In this document: positions 1-10,777 of the stretch, in pieces | Numbering within the stretch: the first letter of the stretch is position 1 | Layout: the number at the start of each line of letters is the position of its first letter | NCBI GenBank assembly: GCA_947584805.1 | Contig: CANPWU010000003.1 | Location: 6,556-70,555, forward strand | Source of the DNA: an uncultured Clostridia bacterium | GTDB lineage: Bacteria > Bacillota > Clostridia > TANB77 > CAG-508 | Reading direction: 5' to 3' | Length of the DNA stretch: 64,000 bases | The notes under the pieces: model-generated | The model's input: the letters and a program-made list of their open reading frames with translations, nothing else | Database searches by the model: none | Told to the model about the DNA's origin: nothing | Made by a program: the position numbers and the translations under genes

Positions 1-610
1 GTGAGAAGTGGTCCTGGAATACAATATAAAATTATTGCTACTGTAAAGAAAAATGAATATATTAGAGTTTTTGCAGGAGTTGGTGACTGGTATATTGTGC
101 AAATAGAAGGGGATTATGTTGGAGCAGTAAGTAAAAAATATGTAAAACCTATTTATCCAAATTCATCAAATAGTGGAAATACAAATAAAAATACAGGAGT
201 TGGAAAAACAGAAAGCTCATCTACTATGAATTCAGATGAGAAAGAAGTGTTTAATTTGATTAATCAGCAAAGGGCAAATAACCGGCTTGGCAGCTTTAAA
301 AGTAGATGAAGAAGTACAAAGAGTAGCAAGAATAAAAGCGGAAGATATGGCTAAAAACAATTATTTTTCTCATACATCACCAACATATGGCTCTCCATTT
401 AACATGTTACAGAGTTTTAAGATATCATATAGAACTGCAGGAGAAAATATAGCTGGAAATTCAAGTAATAGTGGAGCTGTAAATGCTTGGATGAATTCAT
501 CAGGACATAAAGCTAATATTTTAAACTCTAGTTTTAATTATACTGGGATAGGAGTAGTTACTAGTTCTAAATATGGTAAAATTTATGTTCAGATGTTTAT
601 AGGAAAGTGA
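1..610 (+). CDS. Secreted SH3b + CAP/SCP (YkwD-like) domain protein. The 5' end is outside the window. Two ORF pieces are joined by a +1 shift at in-frame CGG 283-285.
   Basis: ORFs 1..309 and 287..610. The N-terminal part is SH3b-like (GDWYIVQIEGDYVGAVSKKYV). CAP motifs are present (YFSHTSP, GENIAG, GHKANIL). Skipping C283 reads aac-ggc-ttg-gca = NGLAALKVDEE, continuous with the second ORF. Confidence 0.75.
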
Positions 611-653
611 TTAGAAAGATAGCCATGGCCATATTAACATTGAAAGGAGAAAA

Positions 654-1151
654 ATGAAACAAATAGAATATAATAGGCAAAATGCTATAGCATATGCAAA
701 ACAATGGGCATTTTCACGAAATCCAAAGTACTATAACTTTGATAGTGTTGGAGGAGATTGCACAAGTTTTATATCTCAATGTATTTATGCAGGAAGTAAC
801 ATAATGAATTATACAAAAGATAAAGGATGGTACTATATTGATGGAAATAATAAATCACCATCATGGAGCGGAGTTGAATTTTTACATAATTTTTTAATAG
901 AAAATAAATCAGTAGGGCCATATGGAATAGATGAAGTTCAAACTAATATGGAAATAGGAGATGTTGTACAATTATCATTTGATGGAAAAAGTTTTGGACA
1001 CTCATTAATAATTGTTAATATTGAAAATAGTCATAGTTTATATGGTATAAAAATAGCCTCACATACATTAGATAGTTACAATAAACCAATTTCAGAATAT
1101 GATTTCGCGAAGATTAGATTTATTCATATACAAGGTGCTAGAACATATTAG
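654..1151 (+). CDS. Putative amidase-domain protein (Amidase_6-like)
   Basis: Intact 165-aa ORF with an RBS (aaaggagaaaa) upstream. The YNRQNAIAYAKQWA...GGDCTSFISQCIYAG motif is typical of the putative cell-wall amidase family. Confidence 0.55.
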   Translation: MKQIEYNRQNAIAYAKQWAFSRNPKYYNFDSVGGDCTSFISQCIYAGSNIMNYTKDKGWYYIDGNNKSPSWSGVEFLHNFLIENKSVGPYGIDEVQTNMEIGDVVQLSFDGKSFGHSLIIVNIENSHSLYGIKIASHTLDSYNKPISEYDFAKIRFIHIQGARTY

Positions 1152-1251
1152 TATAAATGATGAAAATGCTTAAATAATTACTATTTTATTGACAAAAAAT
1201 TTATTAATAAATATAATAATGATAAATAAAAGTATAAAATAGGAGAAATAT

Positions 1252-2685
1252 ATGCGAATAGGAATAGATATAGATGGAGTAATATCAAATTTTAATGATG
1301 AATTATTAAAAGAATACATAAATCATGACAAAAATTTAAGAAATACAGGTATAATAAATGAAAATGCTGATCATATATTTAGAGGGATGTTTGATTGGTC
1401 AAAGGAAGAAAATGATAATTTTTATTATAATAATATAGAAAGAATTGCTAAGAAATTAAAGCCATTATGGAAAGCAAAAGAAACAATAAAACAGTTAAGA
1501 AAAGAAGAAAATGAAATTTATATAATTTCCAGTAGAGATAATGGAGAATATACTAATCCATATGAAATGACAATAAATTGGTTAAGAGATAATGACATTG
1601 AATATGATAAATTGATACTTACTGATAAAAGACAAAAAGGCAAAATATGTAAAGAAAATAATGTTGATATAATGATAGATGATTCAATAAATAACTGTAT
1701 GGATGTATCGGAGAATGGTATAAAAGTATTATTAATGGCAACTAGGTTTAATAATAAAAGAGCAGAGTTTGAAAGAGTATCAAATTGGAATGATATATAT
1801 AATAAAATTAAAAAGATGTATCCAAAACAAAAACAAGAAAAAATAAGTGTTATATTGGATACAGATACATATAATGAATGTGATGATCAATTCGCTCTTA
1901 GTTATTTATTAAAGTCACAAGATAGATTTAATATTGAAGCTATAACAATTGCACCATATCATCATGAAAATGATATATCTATTGAAGAAGGACAAGAGAA
2001 AAGCTATCAAGAAGTTCTAAAAATATGCAATTGGTGTGGATATAATCCAAAAAATAAAGTATTCAAAGGATCAACAGATTATATAAAAAATGGATATAAC
2101 GAAGAAAATGAAGCAGTAAAAAAGATAATTGAAACAGCTTTGAAAAATGAAAAGACATATATTATGGCAATAGGTGCAATAACAAATATTGCACTAGCGA
2201 TTATAAAAAAACCTAAAATTATAGATAGAATTGAAATAGTTTGGTTAGGTGGAAATAGCATATTAAATAAATATAATGATGAATTTAATTTTAGACAAGA
2301 TATAGATGCTGTAAGAAAAGTTTTTGATTCAAAAGTAAAATTGACAATTATCCCATGCAAAAATGTAGCTTCAGAATTAAGAACAACAATTTATGAGATA
2401 GAACATCATTTAAGAGGTAAAGGAGAGCTTAACAATTATCTCTGTGATAAGTTCTATAATGATAAAATACATGGAATAAAAATTAGAAGAGTTTTATGGG
2501 ATATTAGTACAGTAGCTTATTTAATTAATAGAGAATGGTTTGAAACTTCAAAAATAAATTGTCCTAATATAAATGAGGATACATCATATGAATTAAATAA
2601 CAATAATAATATAATTACAATTGTTAATTATATTAATGTAGACAGTGTGTATGAAGATATGTTTAAAAAGTTTCTAAAAACTTAA
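1252..2685 (+). CDS. Fusion protein: 5'(3')-deoxyribonucleotidase-like HAD domain + inosine/uridine-preferring nucleoside hydrolase domain
   Basis: Intact 477-aa ORF. The N-terminus MRIGIDIDGV (HAD DxD motif) and IMIDDS mark the HAD domain. The second half has ILDTDTYNECDDQFALSYLL, the nucleoside-hydrolase Asp cluster. Confidence 0.65.
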   Translation: MRIGIDIDGVISNFNDELLKEYINHDKNLRNTGIINENADHIFRGMFDWSKEENDNFYYNNIERIAKKLKPLWKAKETIKQLRKEENEIYIISSRDNGEYTNPYEMTINWLRDNDIEYDKLILTDKRQKGKICKENNVDIMIDDSINNCMDVSENGIKVLLMATRFNNKRAEFERVSNWNDIYNKIKKMYPKQKQEKISVILDTDTYNECDDQFALSYLLKSQDRFNIEAITIAPYHHENDISIEEGQEKSYQEVLKICNWCGYNPKNKVFKGSTDYIKNGYNEENEAVKKIIETALKNEKTYIMAIGAITNIALAIIKKPKIIDRIEIVWLGGNSILNKYNDEFNFRQDIDAVRKVFDSKVKLTIIPCKNVASELRTTIYEIEHHLRGKGELNNYLCDKFYNDKIHGIKIRRVLWDISTVAYLINREWFETSKINCPNINEDTSYELNNNNNIITIVNYINVDSVYEDMFKKFLKT

Positions 2686-2785
2686 CTATTACTTAAAAAT
2701 TTAGCTTTCTTTTTTTTGATATATATGATATAATTTTAATATTATGAATATGTATAAATATTGCATATTTTGAAAGGAGCTAAAT

Positions 2786-5700
2786 ATGTTAGAGTTAAAA
2801 AACATTAAGAAAACATACATTTCAGGGGATGAAAAAGTAGAAGCATTAAAGGGGATAACTCTAAAATTTAGAGAATCAGAATTCGTTTCCATTTTAGGTC
2901 AGAGTGGTTGCGGAAAAACAACACTTTTAAATATTATTGGAGGTCTAGATAGATATACTTCTGGGGACCTTATAATAAATGGAAAATCTACAAAAAAATT
3001 TAAAGACAGAGATTGGGATGCATATAGAAATTATAAAGTTGGGTTTGTATTCCAAAGCTATAATTTGATCTCACATCAAACTGTTTTATCAAATGTAGAA
3101 CTCGCATTAACAATTGGTGGAATTTCTAAAAAAGAAAGGAAAGCTCGTGCAATAAAGGCACTAGAAGAAGTAGGATTAAGAAATCAGATAAATAAAAAGC
3201 CTAATCAATTGTCTGGAGGCCAAATGCAAAGAGTCGCAATTGCAAGAGCTTTGGTTAATAATCCAGATATAATTTTAGCAGATGAACCAACTGGAGCACT
3301 AGATACAAAAACAAGTGTGCAAGTAATGGAAATCTTAAAGAAAATATCAAAAGATAAGCTAATTATAATGGTAACTCACAACCCAGAACTTGCTGAAAAA
3401 TATTCAAGTAGAATAATTAGAATATTAGACGGTACAATTACAGAAGATTCAAACCCTATTTCAGAGTATGAGGAAGTAGAGGATAAAGAAGATACTTCTA
3501 AAATTGGAAGAACTTCTATGAAGTTTTGGACTGCATTTAGGTTGAGCTTAAATAATTTACTAACTAAAAAAGGAAGAACTATTTTAGTAGCTTTTGCAGG
3601 TTCTATAGGTATTATCGGAATTGCTCTGGTTGAAGCGGTTTCAAATGGATTCCAAGGATATGTTGATAGTATTCAGGAAGATACTTTAACATCATACCCT
3701 TTAACTATTATGCAGGAAACTACTGATATAAGCGGAATGTTACTTGCTATGACAGCGGAAGATAATGAAGATTCTGAGACGGGGACTGTTAAAGAGGAAC
3801 AATATATTTCTACAATGCTATCTAGTTTAAGTGCAAATGATTTGCCAAGTTTTAAAAAATATTTAGAAGATAATTATGAAAAAGTAGATAAGAACATATC
3901 TTCAATTCAGTATTCATATAGTGTAGAGCCAATGATTTATACTGTAGATGCGAGCCATAAAATTGCAAAATTAAATCCTAGTAATTTATTTAAAACACCA
4001 TATTCTTCTAGCATGATGAGCTCTTTTACATCAATTTATTCTCAAATGGTTGATGATAAAGAGGCGATAAATAATTCTTATAATGTGCTTGCAGGTCGCT
4101 TACCAGAAAAATATGATGAAATGATGATTGTTTTATCTGAGCCAAATACTATTTCAGATTTATTAGTATATTCATTAGGTTTGAGGGATACAAAGGAACT
4201 TTCTAGCATTGTAACTAAGATTATGAATGGAGAAACGGCAGAAATAAACAATGAGCCACTTACTCTTTCTTACGAAGACTTAATGAATGTAAAGTTAAAA
4301 CTAATATTGCAACCAGATATTTATAAATATAATGAAAAATATAATGTATATGAAGATATGACTGAAAATGAAGAATATTTTCAGGATCTATATAATAACG
4401 CAATAGATTTAAAAATTGTAGGTATAGTTAGTCCAAAAGAAGGTGTGTCTTCTTTTATGTTAAATCCAGGCGTTTCATACACAAGTGATCTAATAGATTA
4501 TATAATAGATTATTCTTCAAATTCTGATATTGTAAAAAAACAATTACAAGATGAGGAAATAGATATATTTTCAGGATCAAAATTTGATGACAAAAAGAAT
4601 AATTTAGATTTAGATTTTCAAGATTTAGTAAGTATTGATACAAAAAAACTTGAAAGTGCATTTAATGTAAAAATAGATGAAAAAGCTTTACAAAAACAAA
4701 CACAAAACTATATGACAGAAATAACAAATTCGATTACTACAGATATTACACCAGCTACAAAAGCTTTTTCAGATAGTTTTGATACTTTAGCAAATGGAAT
4801 GTTTAATAGTATTGAAGGAGAATTTGGAGTAAATGATGTAGATAAGATTGTTTCTAATTACTTAAATAGTAATGAGGCAACACAAATATTAACTTCTCTT
4901 GAAAAAAATTATGTAATTCCAAAAGATACATTTAAAACAACATATTCAGGATTATTAAAAAGTTTATTACCAGTATATATAACAACTTATAGTACTATGG
5001 CTCCATTTATTACTCCTGGAAGTGAGGACGTGTCAAGTAAAAATGCTGAATTAAATGAAGAAAATACGTTGCCATCTTTACCACAAGTACAAAATGCAAC
5101 AGCAAAGGTTGACTCGAATATTGTGAAAACTGTAATTTCGACTTTTACATCTAATAGTGCAATACAACAAACATATAGCACAATGGGAAGAGCAATGACA
5201 GAAACTGTCATGAAAAAAACTGTTTTAACAAAAGTTGGGGAACTTACAACGAACCTAACAAACAGCTTTGCATCGGCATTTAATGTGGATCAAAGCAAAA
5301 TATCTAGTGCATTTCAGCTAAAAATGACAGAAGAAGAAATAACAAGAATAGTAACTGCAATGATGTCTGGCACAGAAACAACGGCTAAAACAAATTTAAT
5401 ATCTCTTGGATATCAAGATAAAGAAGAACCAACTTATATTTCTTTCTATTTTGATAGTTTCGAAGGTAAAGAAAATTTTATGGATTTTATAGATTCATAT
5501 AATACAAAAATGGAAGAACAAGGAGAAGAAGATAAAGTTATACATTATACAGACACAACAGGAATACTTATGAATTCAGTAAAAACAATAGTAAATGCTG
5601 TTACTTATGTTTTGATAGCATTTATATCGATTTCACTTATAGTTTCTTCAATAATGATAGGAATTATCACGTATATTTCTGTATATGAAAGAACAAAGGA

Positions 5701-6004
5701 GATAGGAATATTAAGAGCAATCGGTGCATCAAAACATAATATATCTTCTATCTTTAATGCAGAAACATTTATAATTGGATTACTTTCAGGATTATTTGGA
5801 ATTGGAATTTCATATGCTTTAATACCTGCTATTAATACTGTATTGCATCATTTTACCGGAAATATACCTCTAAATGTAACATTATATTTCAGTAATGCTA
5901 TTATATTAGTTGCATTAAGTGTAATACTTACTTTAATTGGAGGACTAATTCCAGCAAAAGCTGCATCTAAAAAGGATCCAGTTATTGCTTTAAGAACTGA
6001 ATAA
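2786..6004 (+). CDS. ABC transporter with fused ATP-binding and FtsX/MacB-type permease domains and a long extracytoplasmic insert
   Basis: Intact 1072-aa ORF. It has Walker A GQSGCGKTT, the signature LSGGQMQRVAIARAL and Walker B ILADEPTGALD. The C-terminus has FtsX-like TM helices (ERTKEIGILRAIGASK). It contains no in-frame CGG. Confidence 0.85.
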   Translation: MLELKNIKKTYISGDEKVEALKGITLKFRESEFVSILGQSGCGKTTLLNIIGGLDRYTSGDLIINGKSTKKFKDRDWDAYRNYKVGFVFQSYNLISHQTVLSNVELALTIGGISKKERKARAIKALEEVGLRNQINKKPNQLSGGQMQRVAIARALVNNPDIILADEPTGALDTKTSVQVMEILKKISKDKLIIMVTHNPELAEKYSSRIIRILDGTITEDSNPISEYEEVEDKEDTSKIGRTSMKFWTAFRLSLNNLLTKKGRTILVAFAGSIGIIGIALVEAVSNGFQGYVDSIQEDTLTSYPLTIMQETTDISGMLLAMTAEDNEDSETGTVKEEQYISTMLSSLSANDLPSFKKYLEDNYEKVDKNISSIQYSYSVEPMIYTVDASHKIAKLNPSNLFKTPYSSSMMSSFTSIYSQMVDDKEAINNSYNVLAGRLPEKYDEMMIVLSEPNTISDLLVYSLGLRDTKELSSIVTKIMNGETAEINNEPLTLSYEDLMNVKLKLILQPDIYKYNEKYNVYEDMTENEEYFQDLYNNAIDLKIVGIVSPKEGVSSFMLNPGVSYTSDLIDYIIDYSSNSDIVKKQLQDEEIDIFSGSKFDDKKNNLDLDFQDLVSIDTKKLESAFNVKIDEKALQKQTQNYMTEITNSITTDITPATKAFSDSFDTLANGMFNSIEGEFGVNDVDKIVSNYLNSNEATQILTSLEKNYVIPKDTFKTTYSGLLKSLLPVYITTYSTMAPFITPGSEDVSSKNAELNEENTLPSLPQVQNATAKVDSNIVKTVISTFTSNSAIQQTYSTMGRAMTETVMKKTVLTKVGELTTNLTNSFASAFNVDQSKISSAFQLKMTEEEITRIVTAMMSGTETTAKTNLISLGYQDKEEPTYISFYFDSFEGKENFMDFIDSYNTKMEEQGEEDKVIHYTDTTGILMNSVKTIVNAVTYVLIAFISISLIVSSIMIGIITYISVYERTKEIGILRAIGASKHNISSIFNAETFIIGLLSGLFGIGISYALIPAINTVLHHFTGNIPLNVTLYFSNAIILVALSVILTLIGGLIPAKAASKKDPVIALRTE

Positions 6005-6033
6005 AATTAAATTTTGATAGTTCTTTTTTCTAG

Positions 6034-6208
6034 AATAAAAAAATAAGTACAAATTTTATTTAAAAGAGCTGCGCAGCGAGCAGTGGCGTAAGCCACCAAC
6101 CGAAGTGCGTTAGCACGTAGGGCGAATGTCACAACCTACCATTTCACATTTAATGGAGGTTGTGACAGCAAAGCTCTTGCAAAATAAATATTTATACTTA
6201 TTTTTATT
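6034..6208. other. GC-rich structured island (~100 nt) held in a ~35-bp imperfect AT-rich inverted repeat. Candidate ncRNA or MITE-like element that may also act as a bidirectional terminator.
   Basis: The arms 6034-6069 and 6173-6208 are reverse complements (about 85% by eye). The core holds hairpins gtggc-GTAA-gccac (6083-6096), gtgc-gtta-gcac (6105-6116) and an 11-bp stem tgtcacaacct/aggttgtgaca (6127-6167). It lies between convergent genes. Confidence 0.45.
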
Positions 6209-6239
6209 ATATAAATCATATCGCAAAATTAAATTTTAT

Positions 6240-8858
6240 TTAAATCCATTCTCCATATTTCTTAATGTAAATCTTCTTTGCAAAACTTGCAACGATGCAA
6301 TATAGCACAGTTATTGCAAATATCATTATTATATATTCAAAAGAAAGAGGAGTAAGGCCAATTAACTCACCAATTTTTGTAAATGGAATTAAAATTCCGA
6401 GTAGTAATTAATGCAATTGAAGAAAAATATACTGCTTTATGTGCATTACTTTCTTTAAAAGGTGTTTTTGCAGTTCTTATTATGTGCATACCGATTAGAT
6501 TTGATACTATGCTGTAGCTAAACCAAATTGTCTGGAAAGTGGCTACGTTGTGAAGTCTAAATACAAATAGGATATATGCAAAAACAATTAAGTCAAAAGC
6601 AGAACTAAGTGGTCCCATAAAGAAAATAAAATGCTTTAAACTATCTATTGAAAGTTTTTTTGGCTTTTCTAAATCTTCTTTATCAACATTATCAAACGGA
6701 AGTGTCATTTGGCCAAAATCGTATAGAAGACCTTCTACTAGCAATTGTATAGGAGTTTCTGGCAAAAATGGAAGTAATGCACTTGCAATAATTACTGACA
6801 TAACCTCTCCAAAATTAAAGCTTGTTGCAAGTTTAATATATTTCATTAAATTTGAAAAAGTGCGTCTTCCTTCGGTTACACCATCTAGTAAGACATTCAA
6901 ATCTTTTTCAAGTAATATTATATCTGCTGTTTCTTTTGCAATATCTACTGCAGTATCAACAGAAACTCCAACATCAGCATTTGTAAGAGAGGGGCTATCA
7001 TTAATTCCATCACCCATATAACCAACTATATTTCCATTTTCTTTTAAGAGCCTAATAATTCTAGCCTTTTGAATAGGTGAGAGTTTAGCAAAAATATTTG
7101 TCCTTTTTAAAAGTCTTGAAACACCTGCATCTGATAAGGTATCAATTTTACTTCCAGTAATTATGCTGTTTGAATTAATTCCTACTTTATTGCAAATAGC
7201 ACGAGTAACTTCTACATTATCTCCAGTTAGAACAATAACTCTTACACCTGCGTTATTTAATTTTTCAATAGATTCTTTTGCACTTTCTTTTGGAGGATCA
7301 AGAAAACAAGTAAATCCCAAAAGTACCATATTTTTTTCATCATCTTTTGTAAAGTTTTCAATACCTACAATATCATTTTTTTGGCATACAGCAATAACCC
7401 TAAAGCCTTCCTCATTTAAACCTTTACTTATTTTATTTATATTTTCCTTGATTTCATCTGTAATAGGAAAAACTTGCCCTTTATAATCTACAAGAGTACA
7501 AATATTTAAAATTTCTTCAACAGCACCTTTTGCAATAAGTTGATTTTTCTCTCCATCACTTACAATGACCGATAAACGCCTACGAGAAAAATCAAAAGGG
7601 ATTTCATCTATTTTTTTATATCTTTTAATCATTTCATTCATAGAGTTTTCTTCTCCACGTGAAATAACGGCTTCATCAATATTACCTTTTAGACCAGTTT
7701 GAAAATATGAATTAATGAAGGCATGCTTTAAAATTCTAATATCTTCATCGCCTTTAATATCTAAATATTTTTCAAGCACTATTTTATCTTCTGTTAAAGT
7801 TCCTGTTTTGTCTGTACATAAAATATTCATTGCTCCAAAATTTTGAATAGAATCTAATTTTTTTACAATAGTTTTTTTCTTTGACATTCTAACAGCACCT
7901 TTTGAAAGACTAGAAGATAAAATTACAGGAAGTAAAAGTGGAGTTATACCAATTGCAATAGAAACTGCAAAGGTAAAAGCAGTTATAATATCATGTTTCC
8001 AAGCGTTTAATAAAAATACTATAGGAATCATTATAATCATAAAACGAATAAGAAGCCTACTTATACTTTCTATTCCTTTTTGAAATGCTGTTTTTGGCTT
8101 ACCATTATTTAATGCGTGTGCGATCTTACCAAAATATGCTGAATCTCCACATTTTATTACAACTCCTTTTGCACTACCAGAAACTACATTTGTACCCATA
8201 AAACAAATTGTATCTAAGTCAGAGATACTATCAATTTCTTCTGGCTTTAGTTCATTTTCAATAGATTTTTTAACATTGTCAGATTCACCAGTTAAAGATG
8301 ACTCTCCTACATATAAATCCTTTGCTTCAATAAGTCTAAGGTCAGCAGGAATCATGCTCCCAGCAGATAAAACAACTATATCTCCGAATAGTTATATTTT
8401 TTATTGGTATTTGCAATTCTTTATTGTTTCTTATAACAGTTCCGAGTTGTTGCAACTAATTCTTTTAATTCCTCAGCAGCTTTATTAGAACGATATTCTT
8501 CAAAAAAATCTAAAAGAGTACTTGAAGTAATTAAAATTGCAATTACTATTATATTTGCATAACTTGGAGTTTCTGGAAGATATATGTCAGTATAAATTAA
8601 TATTGCGATTATTCCAAGTAAGATGCAGTTAAAGGGGCTAAGTAAACTTTCCAAAAAGTAGTGATACCATCTTTTGGGTTTAGTTTGCTTTATTTCATTT
8701 GGGCCAAGATTTTTTAGTCTTTCAGTAGCTTCTATGTCTGTTAAACCTTCTTCTTTTACATCATATTTTTTTATAAAATCTTCCTTAGATAAAGTGATTA
8801 ATTCTCCATATAGTTTATTTATATTTATATCTTCTTTTGATGTAGTATTTGCCAACAT
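6240..8858 (-). CDS. mgtA: Magnesium-translocating P-type ATPase. Needs three +1 shifts at in-frame CGG (8444-8442, 8386-8384, 6399-6397).
   Basis: ORFs 8421..8864 and 6367..8355 plus an unlisted C-terminal tail. Motifs: ICTDKTGTLT, TGDN, GDGINDSP. Skipping the C gives ATT-G-TVIRNNKELQIPIKNITI-G-DIVVLSAG and the tail TT-G-ILIPFTKIGELIGL...KKYGEWI*. The start is probably the second ATG (8858), 6 nt after aggag. Confidence 0.85.
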
Positions 8859-9069
8859 TATCATCTCCTATAAAATTTTCATTTATATTATGCCAAAAAC
8901 TAGTAAAAAAATACAATGCTATTTAGTTTTTTGATAGAGTAATGGTTTTAATAATATTACAGTTTTATTACATTTGTGTGAAAGTAATTGACTTGAAATA
9001 TTGTCGAATGTTATACTATATTTACGAATTATGAAAGTTTATAGAAAGGAGAGTATGATATAAAATATC

Positions 9070-10750
9070 ATGCAAAGATTAATGAACATAAAAAAATTTT
9101 TGATATTGCAAATAATAATTATCATGGTATTTACTATGATTTTAAATATATTTTCAAATAAAGTTATTGGCTATACAGTAACACATAATCAAACAAAACA
9201 AACAGGAATTGATGCATTTCCTGATTCATATAAAGAAGGATTAAAAAAATTACAAGAGATACACCCAAATTGGACTTTTACAGCATACAACACTGACATG
9301 ACTTGGAACGAATTTATGAATGCAGAAAAAGTAGACAAAAGAAATACAATATCAAGTTCAAATCCACTATGGAAAGCACCTTGCGGACATAATGCAGGAG
9401 GAAGCTTTTATTGTGCTTCAAGTGCAATAATAGAATATTTTGCAGATCCAAGAAACTTTTTAACAGAAGACCGGAATATTTCAATTCATGGAGATGTCAT
9501 ATAATTCTGAAATTCAAAAAAAATCAGGCGTTGAAAGTATTATTTCTAATACATTTATGAATAAAAATGTAACAGTTTCAGGTGAAACAGAAACTATACA
9601 AGCAAAAGCTAAAATACAAGAAAGTTACATATTAGTTGTTCCAAATTTAACAATATCAGATATGGCGAAAGAATTAGGAATTACAGCTTATATAATTAAA
9701 GATGCAAGTCAAAATTCAATTTCAGCAAATCAAATTGCAGCGACTGGGTATACTTTTACAAATGATGCAAATAATAATCAATATACAATAGCTGTGCTTG
9801 GAGACGTAAATGGAGATGGACAAATAAAAGCATCAGATTATATGAAAATTAAAAATTATATAATGGGAAGTACTGATTTAAGTGGTACTGAACAAGTTGC
9901 TGCAGATGCAAATAACGATGGAGCAATAAAAGCATCAGACTATATGAAAATTAAAAACTATATAATGGGTACAACTCAAATTACTCTAAATGATACAGTT
10001 ACTTCTGGAAAAACAATGTCATATGCAGATATAATAATGAAAGCTGCAGAAGAAAGCGGAATCAGCCCATACAGTATAGCAATTAAGATTATACAAGAAG
10101 TAGGAAGACAGGGAAGTAGTTCTGTCTCTGGAAATTATCCAGGCTATGAAGGATACTATAACTTCTTCAATTGGGGAGCATCAGATGGATCAAATGCAAT
10201 AGAAAAAGGATTAATATATGCAAAAGCTCAAGGATGGAATAATCAATATACAGCAATAGTTGAAGGAGCTAAAAAACTTGCAGATGGCTATACAAGCGTA
10301 GGACAAAATACAGCATATTTTTATAAATTTGATGTTATAGATGATTCTGGTACAGGTTTATATTGGCATCAATACATGACAAACGTCCAAGACCCATCGA
10401 GCCAAGCAAAAACTTTATATAATACATATGCAAAAAATAATATATTAGATTTATCATTGAATTTTGCAATACCAGTATATAAAGAAATGCCAAATAGTTG
10501 CTTATTACCTAGTGAAATTGATAGAAATGCGCCAACTTCTTATTATATAAATGGCACTGATGTACGTCTAAGGAGTACACCGGAAATAAATTCGGGAAAC
10601 ATTTTAGGAGTTCTTTCAAAAGATGAAATTGTTACACTTATAGAAGAAAATTCAGGAACAGCAAATAATTATATTTGGTCTAAGATAAAAAGAGCAAATG
10701 GTACAGAAGGATATGTTGCTAATGAGTTTTTAACAAAATGTAATACATAA
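9070..10750 (+). CDS. Secreted cell-wall hydrolase: signal peptide, two dockerin-like repeats, glucosaminidase-like domain and C-terminal SH3b. One +1 shift at CGG 9472-9474.
   Basis: ORFs 9070..9504 and 9488..10750. gac-(c)gga gives LTEDGIFQFMEMSYNSE. Dockerin-type DVNGDGQIKASDYMKIKNYIMG occurs twice. YYNFFNWGASDG is glucosaminidase-like. The C-terminus GTDVRLRSTP...GYVANEFL is SH3b-like. Confidence 0.6.
9800..9970 (+). repeat. Internal tandem duplication encoding two dockerin-type Ca-binding segments
   Basis: The ~45-nt cores 9824-9868 and 9926-9970 (ataaaagcatcaga[t/c]tatatgaaaattaaaaa[t/c]tatataatggg) are nearly identical. Confidence 0.7.
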
Positions 10751-10777
10751 ATTTAAATAAGAAAGGATTGAAAATAA

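Noticed and set aside
8865-9069. M-box (Mg2+) riboswitch upstream of mgtA
   Set aside because: The leader region is extremely AT-rich, with none of the conserved GC-rich M-box helices. I see only a promoter and RBS.
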